64,000 nt of DNA. Origin: Trichosphaerium sp. ATCC 40318 (lineage: Eukaryota; Protista; Tubulinea). Position numbers and translations under genes: made by a program. Location: contig JALMLS010000213.1 in NCBI GenBank assembly GCA_038496445.1, forward strand, positions 186,001 through 250,000, written 5' to 3'. Below the pieces are notes generated by a model. It did not search any database, was not told the DNA's origin, and was given only the letters and a program-made list of their open reading frames with translations. Shown one piece after another: positions 1 to 12,100 of the stretch (position 1 is its first letter; each line of letters begins with the position of its first letter).

Positions 1-2034
1 TACCTAATTTTAGACGTTATTACTTCCGTCTGCTATTCCGACACTATGTGTCTCAACTTGAGCGAAAACAATCTGAACTAGAAGCTATTGCGTTGAAGCA
101 CAAAACACTTGTTTCTGACATTGACTCTTTTTTGGCACAACTTAATGTATCTGTCCTTCGTCGGCATACAATTTGTTTTTGCACTTCTTATCTGGATATT
201 TTCCGTCAACTCTTGACTGGTAGTGCATCTATAGATGTAAATCTATACGGTCAAACAATAGAAGAAGAAAAAGCAGCTTCAAGTATGTTTTTGTTTTTTT
301 TCACAACATTTTAGTTAATTTATGTCTTATCCTTGTCCTTTAGACTATCGTGGTTGGGTCAATTCCATGAATGAACCTATAAATCCTCGGCGTGCTAGAG
401 GAAAAGCAATTCCAATGCAAGACGTTCGAGTCTATGGTAACTTATTTCAGATCTTTCTGGTAATTGTTATCTTACTATTTTTTAAATAGGTTCAGCACAA
501 GTGTTCCGTCTCTTAGAGGTATTTAGTTCAGTAGTAGAAGGCGTAGAACTGCGTCGTCTTACATCTACAGATTACGTTTCTTTGGTTGGTATAAACAAAC
601 CAACCTTTGAAGGTTTGATAGACGCTGTAAGTGAAATCAATGCAAATAATTTTTTTCTTATATCTTCTGTTTAGGCTCTTTGTTGGGTAGAAACCCAGTC
701 AATGCAATTACTTGCCCCTTTAGCTGGACAATTACTTGATAGAATAGTAGAGATGATTACAAGGCTATTAAATATAACAGAGGGCGAGTTGAGTATGAGA
801 TATAAGAGGGATACAACGTCTAGTACTTTTAGCTTTAATCAAGCTGATGTTCTAGTACATGCACCTTCTCTCACTGGCGATATTAGTCTCTTAATTAGGA
901 GTACTCTAGATGTACGTTCGCATACTCATAACTTATGTCAACATCCACAAGAGCTTGTCACAAGAGCGGTGATATGCGTGATAAACAACACTTTGTACAT
1001 TCTATTACTATTTTGTTAACCTAATTGTTTAGGCACTTAAAATGGAATGCTCTGTTCGTTGCAGTAGGGCTTTACAAGAGTTTTCTACTATTGATCCTGA
1101 GTGGATTCAGGTTGATGAAGCATTGTACGTTCAAGTTGTTATTTCTTTTTTTTTTAATTACTAATGTTCGACAGAGAACGTATGAGCTTTGTTAGTAAAG
1201 AAGGCGCTCTTCAGAGGCTTGCATCAAATATTTTTATGCAAATTAAAAAACACTACATACAACAAATCACATTGAGTATTTATGAAATATTTATTGAAAG
1301 AGGGTACGTGATGAAACTGACCAAGCTAAATCATTTCGGTTTTTGTTCTTTTTTTTTTTGGAATTATGCTTTGCTTGTCTTTTTACGACCTTCATTTTTA
1401 TACTCTGGTAAAATAGAGTTATTTTGAGGGTCACGTGATGTAAACCAAATTATATTTTTAGCGAGCTTGTACTTCCCTTGAGTAAGAGTTTAAAACTGAC
1501 TTTATTTTTTTAGGTGTGAACGTATTTCAAGGGCAGTTATTACTGCTGTTTCTGGATTCCCTGATAGACAATTACTCAACCTATTCCAAGGTGAAAGACT
1601 AAAAATGAAGTTGAAACAAAGGCGTCAAGTAGAACACGAGGCGTTCAAGACATCAACTGCTACTGCTGCTCAGTTTAAAGACTGTTCGAAGAAATTTGCA
1701 AACTGTCATATGTCACCTTTGTGTATTAATAGAAACACGATTATTGAGAGAAATATGAATGCTCCAAACCTGGAAGCATTAGTTCCTCGTATGGCAACTA
1801 ATCACCGACGTCTCAGCTCAGGTTTTCCAGGTGGTAAACGTACGTTAAAAGAGAGAAAAACAATTTTTTTTTTGTTCTCTTTTTGCAGCACGTGTGGTTA
1901 TTGGATTCGACTGATTTTTCTTTTTTACATTAGGTGCACATAGTAGAGTCCGTTCTGCAGCTTTTAAGTCTCGTGATCAGAGATCTTTTACTATTACAGC
2001 TATTAATAAGCTCCCTTCAACTTTCAAGGCTTAA
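1..2034 (+). CDS. 3' part of dynamin-related protein, DRP5/ARC5/Dlp class (multi-exon, 5' truncated by window)
   Basis: Spliced translation gives 'QLLTGSASIDVNLYGQTIEEEK' and 'IPMQDVRVYGSAQVFRLLEVF', resembling the GQTLxEEK and LYGGxQ(Y/F)xR motifs of DRP5/ARC5/DlpA-C middle domains; last exon ends STFKA* (TAA 2032-2034). Confidence 0.7.
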
Positions 2035-2710
2035 ATTAAACAAAAGGCCATTGAAGTAAGTAGTGCTTGTTTTTAATGGCTAGAAAAAGCAGAAAACATA
2101 GAAAAAAATTGGATGCGTCCACATTAATCCAAAAAAAAAACCAAAACTATTTCCTTGTACGATAAATTCTTTTACACGTTACCTTATCAGTTGTTATTTT
2201 CATTGCCCGTACTCTTATGAACGTAGTTCTTTAAACCAGTTTGTGCAAAAACCCACAGCATAGACTTGGTACGCTTTCAACAACGGCTAGTGAAAGTGCA
2301 AGGATACAATAGTTAAGTAGTATATTTACTATTCAGCTCCTTTATGGCAATTGTATTCTGAATAGTTTGCTACAGAAAATGCATGAGAAAGGTCTTATTG
2401 GGTCTTCTTGTTTTTATTGCAAGGCCATGTACTTCGACGTTTGATCTGTGGTATTTCGCGTAGTTGTATTATCGGAAAAACGAGACTAATCAGTTTACGT
2501 TCATTGAAAACGTAAAAACAAACTTTGCCAATGTATACTTGTGGACAAAGAAGGAATAACCAAAGTAGTAACCAAGGGTGATGATAGGTATACTAGTGCA
2601 TCACTGTTGGAGAAAACGTTGCTTATGAAGTTAGAGCTTTAAGTAGCGGTTTCCAAAGTTTGGAGAAGTACATGCCAGTAGCGGCATAATTAAGCAAAAC
2701 GTCATTAACT

Positions 2711-4931
2711 ATGAGCGATTCGGAGCTTCGCAAGCCCTTACAGGATAGTGGGGATGCGAAAGATTGCGAAGATGTTACTGTATTGAGTAGAAAATATGAT
2801 CGCAATGATTCAGGTAAAATACAGGTGCCTGTGATAGTGCCTACGCAACAAGGTAAGATAAAGCGAAAAATAACTTTTCTCACTCAAAATAGCTGTGTAC
2901 GAGTTTCCACAGTACCTTGAAGCGAGTTTAAAGTGGTACGTTACCATAAGGGGTGTATTAGGGCGAGCCAGTAATTTCTTTATTACTTTCGCATTGAACA
3001 ACTCTAAATATTGATAAAATATAGCCAATAGTATACACACCTTGAATTTTATGCACCTTGTTACACTATTGTTCAGAAAATACCAAGGCAGTGTCAATTA
3101 CTACGTTAACCTCCTTATAGGATAGACGATCCAGTTACACGCGTTTTTCAAACACCTAGTTCAAGACTATGCACGTTCACATGTAAAGTAATAACAGGTA
3201 TTACTCTACGCTATTTAGACTTACTCATCGCCACTATCTTCAAATAGCTCTTGTTGCAGTTGAGATTGGAATAATAGCGCCAATATTTCTGTATGCAATT
3301 GGAAGGGATGCTGTAGCAACAGAAACAACCGTACTAGTACGAATACGCGATTATTAGCGCATTTTAAACAGATGCTTTTTGGTTAAAACAAAAAAAAACA
3401 CTTCCATTAAACGCTTTGATTATACGCTTATAAATCAAGATGCTACTTCTTACAACTGTGTCACAAATACTCAAGAGATTTGTGTGGAGATTCAGACCAT
3501 TTATGGCGTACCGTGGGGACAAGGTAACCCATTTTGGAACTTTCTAACAAAGTGTCAACTTTTTTGTGAAAAAAGGAAATTGTTGTTGTTTTGTTCGCTT
3601 TGAAGACCTTCGGGTTAATATTCTGTTTAGAGACAAGGATGTAAGACCTCTTCTTTCCCTTCCAGAGCTGTTTTATGTGCTACTGCTTATGCTTATTTAA
3701 TTATCCGTTCTTCCTTTGAATTATGGCCGGATAAGAACGAAAAGTAAGTTTAACCTTGTTTTCGTCCTAGTTGTTGTGATAAATGACTGACGCGGTTATA
3801 GATATTTTTCACTATTCATACTTCTCATAATACCTGCTGTAACATTTGCACGTGTAAGTAGATCCACACAATAGCGACTTGAAATGGAAACAAAAAAATT
3901 ATCAATTTTAGTCGCTCGGGTTGACTGAGCTTTATTTTGACTGTAGTGGAGCCTTGAAGTGTTAATATAAATTTAGATTAATCTTGGCATGCACTACTTA
4001 ACGGATTGTGTAGCAGGATTTATTTTGGTAAGTTCTAAGACAGTGTTATAGTAATAGTATTTCATCAAAAAATGATTGAAACTAAATGGTGTTAGGGATG
4101 TATATTTTGTGCGCTAAGTGCTGGAATAGTAATGGCTATACAATTGGGATGTGGTGACTGTTGGGCAAGCCATGCTGGATCAACTTGTTACGCTGGTAGT
4201 GAGGATGACACGTAAGAATTTGAAAAAGCCTTTTTATCAAAAAGTTTGTGCGCAATGCTCACTTGGTATCAAAGTGACGATAATTTTTTTTCATTGTTAA
4301 GACGCACCACATATTTATAATTTAAACGAGATGTTTTTGAAAAAAACTATGGTGCTTAGCACTACGTACTTGAGATAATAAGTTTTTTGTTTGTTGATTT
4401 TTTTTTTGGTTTAGGTTGCCAAAGAACATGCGACATATTAATTTTGCTGTGGTTTGTATAGTATTTATACTAACAATATTTGTTGGTATATTATGTATAC
4501 TAAAACCAATAGAGTTTTGGAAAAAATTTGCACGTATTTATGGGTATGTACAAGCTAACGCTTGATTTTTTTGGATAAAAGAATAATTTTTTGCTTACTT
4601 TTTTTTAGTGTACTGTTTCCTGCCTTGCTGTTTAAGATCACTTTTGTTTGTCAAAGATCAACCACTAATGGTGTAGCATTGGCTGTACCAGGTATGGCAT
4701 CATGGCACTCTTATGTTTTTGGCGCTGCACTTGCCTTAACGGGATTGGTACGAGGCTTGTTTTGTAACATGGCATCTATTTATAGAAAGTTTTTATTCAT
4801 TTTTTGTTTTTTAGGGTGTTGGTTTAGCATTTGGAAAACGAGTGTGGCCTTTTTTAACCTACTTGATACTATATGTTTCAAATTTTGTACTTTTAGCTGT
4901 TTGGCGTTTACTGGTTTTTGGTAAACGTTAA
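2711..4931 (+). CDS. PAP2-superfamily multi-pass membrane protein (lipid phosphate phosphatase-like), multi-exon
   Basis: C1 motif KRFVWRFRP (~3473-3499), C2-like SFPSRA (~3652-3669), C3 motif AR|INLGMHYLTD (~3850/3977-4006), several hydrophobic segments; stop TAA 4929-4931. Confidence 0.8.
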
Positions 4932-5277
4932 GAAAACAATGAGAAAAATAAAATACTTGTAAATTTTTCAATTTCTAGACTTTTTTGACTTGCAGGTGAT
5001 GTATCGTGTTGAGTTGTTGGACTTTGCGCCTTCTTTTTGGGTTTGACCTGGAATAGCGCTTTTTGTCTGCCTATAGATTTACCTTTATGGAGTACATTGT
5101 GAGGGCAGGAGTAGAAAGTCACGAGCTTGCTACTAATCGGGAGTTATCCTTTTGACCAGCGGCATAACGTTACAAGTTAATAGCACTATTCCTTTGTTTA
5201 TTATCAATACCAAGTAACACTTTTATTGCGCTACACCTTCTCCCAGTAACAAATAAAAACTAGTGTAGGACGTGATT

Positions 5278-6350
5278 TTATTTAGTATTTTCTGGCTGTG
5301 TAAATTCTTCATTGTGGTTATTTACCCCAACTTCGTAAGCCTCAAACAACCAATTGTGATATGAACTTTTAAGAAAAGTGCATTCCCCAGCATCTACTTG
5401 TACTTCGTACTTACCTGATACTAGTCCCTCACACAAAAAAATTGTTTCTACAATGTTCTCAACTTGTTGTGTGTAGATTGGTTGTTGGGATGAGCAATGT
5501 TCTCCATTAAACTTCACTTGTAAAAGATGTTCTGGATAACAAGGTACGTCTTCCGCTCTAGGAGATGAGCTTGTATAAACAACTCGCACAGCTGTATTAT
5601 TACGTTTTTTTGTGAACGAAAGTGTGCTTGTCTTTCCATTCTCCTCTCTTCTTTCTGATTTCATTGCAAAGCCTAGTACAAGTTTCTCGCTAATATCTAT
5701 ATCTATTTCGCGTAAGCGGGCATCATTTACTGTTTTGTATTCTTCCAGGGCGTCAAGTCTTTTAGTAAGTTGTTCATTTCGGTACGTCAGCAATGCGATC
5801 TGTTGTGACACTTTGTCAAACTTTAACGAACTTAAAGTTAGCGTAAAAAACGCCCTCTTGAACTCAACTTGAAGCTAAATCATTTAGAAATAACGTATAA
5901 ACAACCTGGCCAAACCTTGTTGTTTGGTAGTGTACCCACTTCAAACTCTGAAAGAAAATTTAGTTTTTCAGTTGCCGGTGGCCTTTTGTCATCTAATCAC
6001 GTGATCATTAGAAAAAATAACCGAAAACGTTAGAGTAATGGCTACCTCCTTGTATCCAACATATCTTCGCCTCGTTACCTTATTCTCAACCAAAAAGTAA
6101 ACTGTCGTAGTATCGTCGTAAACACCGAGTTTTAAAACCCATTCGCCGCAACTAGAATCATATTGTCGTGTACGGTCCGCAATTTCGATAAGCTCGCTTG
6201 TATACTATGTTAGCAAGAATATGAGGCATTTATGCTGTACGGCATGTTTTCAATATTGAACTGTGCATATACGAACCAACCAACAATAATAGCTGGTACT
6301 AACACAAGTGCTGTACAAACTAAACAACAAAAATCACTCTGATGGAAATG
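5278..6350 (-). CDS. Membrane-anchored coiled-coil protein with C-terminal CTHRC1-like domain (start not resolved)
   Basis: Last exon (ORF 5278-5811) has a coiled coil then 'FTKKRNNTAVRVVY...VKFNGEHCSSQQPI...FLCEGLVSG...VDAGEC'; upstream exons include hydrophobic 'LVCTALVLVPAIIVGWFVYA'. Confidence 0.6.
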
Positions 6351-6574
6351 ACGGCACGTTTTCAATAATGAAAGTCAATATCGTGTTTACCAATTTTGAC
6401 TTTTCTCGTGTTTACAGGGTCACGAAGGAAAGTGGTACGCGTACTCGCTATTATAACGAATAAATCTGGTGACCTACATTATATTGCGATAGCAAACATG
6501 CCTTTCATTAAACGGGCAATTCATATGCTTTACAAAGTGTTTTTTTATTTGCAATGGGAGCTTACAAATGTATA

Positions 6575-7036
6575 TTAACAATCTCCACGAAGTCGAAAGA
6601 CTAGATGGAGAAGGTATTCTTTTTGGATATTGTAATCACTCAATGTGCGATCATCCTCGAGCGGCTTACCACCAAAGATAATGCGTTGTTCATCTGTAGG
6701 AATGCCTTCCTTATCTTGAATCTGTTGTTTAACATTGCCAATAGTATCGGCAGCCTCGACTTCGAGGGCGATTGTCTTGCCAGTCACCTTTTTGACAAAG
6801 ATTTGCATGCCACCACGAAGACGAAGGACAAGGTGGAGTGTTGATTCTGACCGGATATTATAGTCTCTTATGGTGCGACCATCTTCTAGTTGTTTACCAG
6901 CAAAAATAAGGCGTTGTTGATCTGGAGGAATACCTTCCTTATCTTGAATCTTTTGTTTGATGTTGTCGATGGTATCGGATTGCTCAACCTCTAAAGTGAT
7001 TGTCTTGCCTGTGAGAGTCTTTACGAAGATTTGCAT
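6575..7036 (-). CDS. Divergent di-ubiquitin (two Ub units, intronless)
   Basis: Two head-to-tail ubiquitin units (MQIFVK...LRLRGG / MQIFVK...FRLRGDC) in a single ORF. Confidence 0.95.
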   Translation of the reverse strand: MQIFVKTLTGKTITLEVEQSDTIDNIKQKIQDKEGIPPDQQRLIFAGKQLEDGRTIRDYNIRSESTLHLVLRLRGGMQIFVKKVTGKTIALEVEAADTIGNVKQQIQDKEGIPTDEQRIIFGGKPLEDDRTLSDYNIQKEYLLHLVFRLRGDC

Positions 7037-7361
7037 TGTTGTTGGTTGTTATTTGATGAATTATGATTTTGATATTAAACATGGTGGTATTCCTTTCTTT
7101 GAACGTACAGTTTTCAATTAACATGTCTGAGCATTGGCTATAAACTTATCCAATCTGGTCCGATTCGTTCTTTAAAGATGTTGCTTACCTTGTTTTGAAG
7201 ACAACAGACAACACCACATTGTTAATAGCTACTCAATGAAAGCTTATTGCAATTAACGAGTAGTTTGTATCTGTTACCTTAGAAAAACATTTAGGCCATT
7301 TATAGGTATGTGAATAAGTAGACTCAACATTAAACAGTGCCGTAAGTAGGAAAATACTTTA

Positions 7362-8615
7362 TTATATGTGCAAAAAAAATAATACAAAGAAGCACAGAAT
7401 CACAGTATACGCCATTGTGCCAAGTGTTAGAATATTGCCTGATGATAATGTTTGCTCAGCCATTGGTCCCTCAGTAGGAGGTTCTGTATTATGTATTGAT
7501 GATGGTGACACAGTAGGCATAGTTGATGGATCAAGGGTATCTGTAGGAGTTGATGGTGATTGAGTTGTTGGTGGTATATTAGATGGTTGAGTGCTTGGGG
7601 TATTTGGCTCAATTGTTGTAGGCTGGACCGTTTGTGTTACTATAGTAGTTGGTGACATTGTGGCGGGAGGTTGTGTGGTTGGTATTATCGACGGAGCTTG
7701 TGTAGTTGGTGGCAGGGTGCTTGGAGGTGTTTTCAATGGTAGAGGAGCCCGAGTGGTTGGAGTTTCTATAGTTATCGGAGGTGGAAGTGTAGGGGATAGT
7801 GTTGTAGGTGGTAGAGTTGTAGGTGGTTGCGTAGTATGTACTTCTGTTGGTGGTAGTGTTGTTGGAGATAGCTTTGTGGGTGGTAAGGTCGTTGGAGGAG
7901 GGGCTGGTGCTAATAAAGCGACTGTAACAAATTGTTCTTCTCCAGCCACGCCTGATAACAAAGGCGAATACAAACTATTTCTAATAAGCAACTGTTGTTG
8001 TCCAAGTCTTGTGTACGTACGTGAACGCATTTGATAATTGTTCTGTAACTGTCATAGCACTACGCCAATTTACTGCTGTGATATTGACATCTAACATTGG
8101 TAGAGAGAGTTAATAATAGTTTTAACAACGGAGAATAACGTACAGTCTATCACATGATTATCCATTTCTACAACAAAATATATTGGACCATTTGTTATAT
8201 CATTGTTGAATAGAACACTGAAAGTAGCAGAGTCTGTATCAATATCGAAAGTAAAGGCAGTATTTGTAAAGAACTTGTATAGTTCTACGTTTGGGGTATC
8301 TGCATTGTTTACACAGAACCGTGGACCTGGTTTTGGTCCTACAGTAGGTGCTACACCATAAAAATTAAATTGTCCGGCTACAGGTAAGTTTGAAACTGCA
8401 TAAACAGTACCAGAATCTCCCTCTGCTATACGAATGTTAACGGAGCATAAAAATATGAAGAAAGCGCACAGATTACACCGTTGACAGCGGCAAGAAAGCA
8501 AGTCAAGAGGATTAGAATTACGCTGGTTACTACGTATTTTGGTTGGTAATTGTACATTGTATAGGGTTGCTACTGGGTTGGTATTATTAAAGCAAATGGA
8601 AAAGCACTTGTAAAC
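7362..8615 (-). CDS. Pro/Thr-rich (mucin-like stalk) cell-surface protein with C-terminal hydrophobic anchor; 5' end unresolved
   Basis: ORFs 8091-8501 and 7362-8030 join across short introns; PPTT repeats; C-terminal 'AYTVILCFFVLFFLHI*'. Confidence 0.7.
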
Positions 8616-9179
8616 CTAAAACCAAATCGTCACGATTTCAGTGAACTGATTTAATTACTTTTCGTCGTTAGCATCAAAACCGAAAAGTCAAAGTCTTAAA
8701 GTAAAACAAGGGTATGATGCTTATTGTGGCTGTACAACACGTGCCAGGTATACAAAAAAAGAAGTAGGTCGTTAATTACAAGAATTGACAAAAATTGATT
8801 AGCAATCGTTCTTCAGAATTTTCTGATAATTATAATATAGTCTCTGATCAAGTGTATAGCAACGCGATCCTACCCCTTTGGCTTTCTACATAATGCTTTG
8901 CATAAGTCAAAAAACTCAATGGCATGGCCGTACAGATGCCGAGTTTGGTGTTTGATAATAACTTTTAATTATTATCATAATAATAAAAAACACAGTATCA
9001 CTGTAAGCGTACTTTAGAAGTTTATGGTTTAGGCTCAAAGAAAAAAAAACCAGAGGTCTCCAAAACATGACTAAATGCTGTCTTTAAGCCTTAGACTCAT
9101 TGTGTTAGAATGACAATGTGAATCTGAATTACCTATCAAGCATTTTTTCCCTTTTTTATAGTACCTATAATACGCTCTC

Positions 9180-12100
9180 ATTTGCGTGCAAAAAAGAAAG
9201 GGTATCACCATTTAAACAAACTCGGACTAAATATCTTGGATTTGTCCAAAAAAGTGAGAACACAAACGACATATTTGACCGCACGAGAGTTATTGCAATC
9301 GCATGAGTGCCTACTTCATTGTTTTTCTCCTTATTGTGATTCTTTTGTGCTTGAAAATTCCAAAAAAAATAGTTTCATCACCTAAAAGCAGCATCACGTG
9401 ATATTTGATGAGGCTTATATTGTTCTTTCTACTCTTCGGATTGTGTAAAACCGCATGTTTGGTTACCATAGGCGATAGATCACTTGATTTGTCCTCTTTA
9501 AGGCAAGCACAATTAATTGCCGTTGATCATGTTTTTTTTATCTTCGTTAACTCAACCTGGTTTAATTATTATTTAGAGACGTTTCTAGCACGCGCGAAGA
9601 GCATACCTATACGTTAAATTTATGTAATGATCTACAAATAAGTTCTGAAAATCATAAACAATCACTTGCTGTAGAACACAGCATTTCGGTGCGTCTAGTC
9701 AATAAATAACGCCTTCGTTTACATGTAATTTTTTTAAGGGAGAGACGACCAGACTTGGTTATTACCATAATTCTTCATGGGAGGGAACTGACGATGGCAG
9801 TATGATTAAACAATATTAATGAGTTACTATATAGTACTCCAATTTATTTTTTATTGTTAGGTGACTTACTTCATTTCACTTTTACAAATGGCGACTTGTG
9901 TGAAAAAGAAGGTCGGAAACGTGCTGACCTTTTCTTGATATGTGGTCAAGCACATGTATTCGAAGTTCTGTGGGAGGATAAACCAACAGAATGCCACCAT
10001 CAAATAACTGTACCTCTTTTTTTTATTTCTTTTTTTTTTGCCATGTTTAACCAGTTTTATTAAGGCTGTGTCATATGTAGCTTGTCGTGAACGCATTCAC
10101 AAGCCTCTAGATAAAAAACAAATAGTAAATATATTGGCGAATGTGTACATTGTACCACATAGTCATGATGATGTCGGTTGGATAAAGACCGTTGACGTAC
10201 AATTGATTGTTTTTTTTTCATAGAAACAGAAAATAGAACTGCATTTGTTTTTCTCTTACACCTTTGATAGGGATACTATGAAGATTCAGTTCGGCACATA
10301 CTCAATTCAGTAGTATCAGCTCTAGAAAATAAACCAAATAGAAAATTCATCTACGTTGAACAGTAAGTCCGCTTCTAGCGTAGTTTTGTTAAACAGTTTG
10401 GTTAATGCTGTTATTTTCAGAGCCTATTTTCACAAGTGGTGGACAGATTCTCGTACCACCAATGCTCAAAGAGCCCTTTGGAAACAATACTTGGCTAATG
10501 GGCAAGTTGAATTTGCGATTGGAGGGTGGAGTATGGAGGATGAAGCTTGTACAACATATTCTGCTGATATCATAAATGTGCGTGCGAAAGAAAAAGAAAT
10601 AGTCGTTTACTTATACTTGATAGATGGCTGTTGGACACCGCTTTATTGTTGACACGTTTGGGGCTCAATACGCACCGAAACATGGATGGCAAATAGATCC
10701 TTTTGGTGCATCAACACCTCAAGCAGGACTTGAGAAACTAATGGGATTTAAAGCTCACGTGATTCAACGTATTCCATACCAGGAAAAAGTACTCGTTTTT
10801 AGTTGTTTACTGGCTCATTGTATTCTTTAAGGACGATATGAAAGCTTCAAAAACACTTGAGTTTTTTTGGGATAATAACCCTGATCAACCTATTCAGGAG
10901 ATATTCACTCACACTCTTGCTTTCAACTATTGTCATTTATACAAGAATTTACAGCTTATAACAAACGTTACAGCCAGTAATGTACAGTCTGTAGCGGATA
11001 CATTAATGGGTTTGATACTACAACTCAAGCCTTGGTATAAGTAAGAAGCAATAGAATTCGCTAACCACGCTAAAGTTAATTATAGGACACTCAATATTCT
11101 GATGCCTTGGGGATGCGATTTTTCCTATAGCTCTCTTGTTTATCGAAATGCAGTACAGCAATTTGAGCAAATGGACAAGGTTTTAGCTTATATGAATCTG
11201 TTACCACAGAGATACCCAATGTACACGATTTGAACTGGTTATAATGAACTTTACGTGACAATAATGTATTATTAGAATAATACAATACAGCACTTTGAAG
11301 AACTACTTTACAGCCCCTGGGATGTTAAATCCAGCCACGTTTCCTACAAGAAACGACACAGACTTCTTTCCGTACATTGATAGAGCAGACTCATACTGGA
11401 CGGTAATATTATTGTTTTTGGATTATTATGAAATATTGTACGAAAAAACTAAGAATTGTCCTAGGGTTTCTACACGTCAAAACCATTCATCAAAACAATG
11501 GTTCGGCGAAGTGAATATATTAACAGAGCTGCTGAAATAGCGTAAGCTGTCTTTATTAATTGTTTTTATGTTTGACAGTCACTTCTAGAGTGTCGACACA
11601 AAATGGACAAGCTGATGTATCTTTGGGCAAAACACATTACACAAACAATCTCAAGACACTTAACATATCTCGAGCAGTACATTTCTATCACCATAATACA
11701 TGCGATAGTAACTTACTAGTACTACTCAGGGTATTGGTGTTGTTGAACATCATGATGCTGTTACTGGAACCGAGAGATGGGATGTTGCTGTCAACTACTC
11801 CAGAATGTAAGATTATCAAGCATAGTTTGACAGTATTTTTTAACCTCATTTAAGCCTGTTTGCTGCGAATGAGGGATGTCACAATACTACTGCGGAATCC
11901 CTGGCGTATTTGTTAGGAAATACTGGGGGTGCATTCCCACCGCCTTTATTAACAAACTACACAACAGACTTACTAAACATTCAGCCAGGACAAGTAAGTG
12001 AAAGCTGTTCCTAGAAATGTCTAAGTCAAAGATCTATTAACGATTTGTTTAGACAATACCTGTGATTATCCACAATAGTCTTGGATGGACAAGAGATGAC

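Noticed and set aside
2300-2308. GTATCCTTG on the minus strand, U12-donor-like
   Set aside because: Intergenic; no supporting exon or branch point found
7591-8034. Val/Gly-rich + strand ORF (also 44734-45315, and 62391-63116 on the minus strand)
   Set aside because: Antisense shadows of Pro/Thr-rich coding repeats
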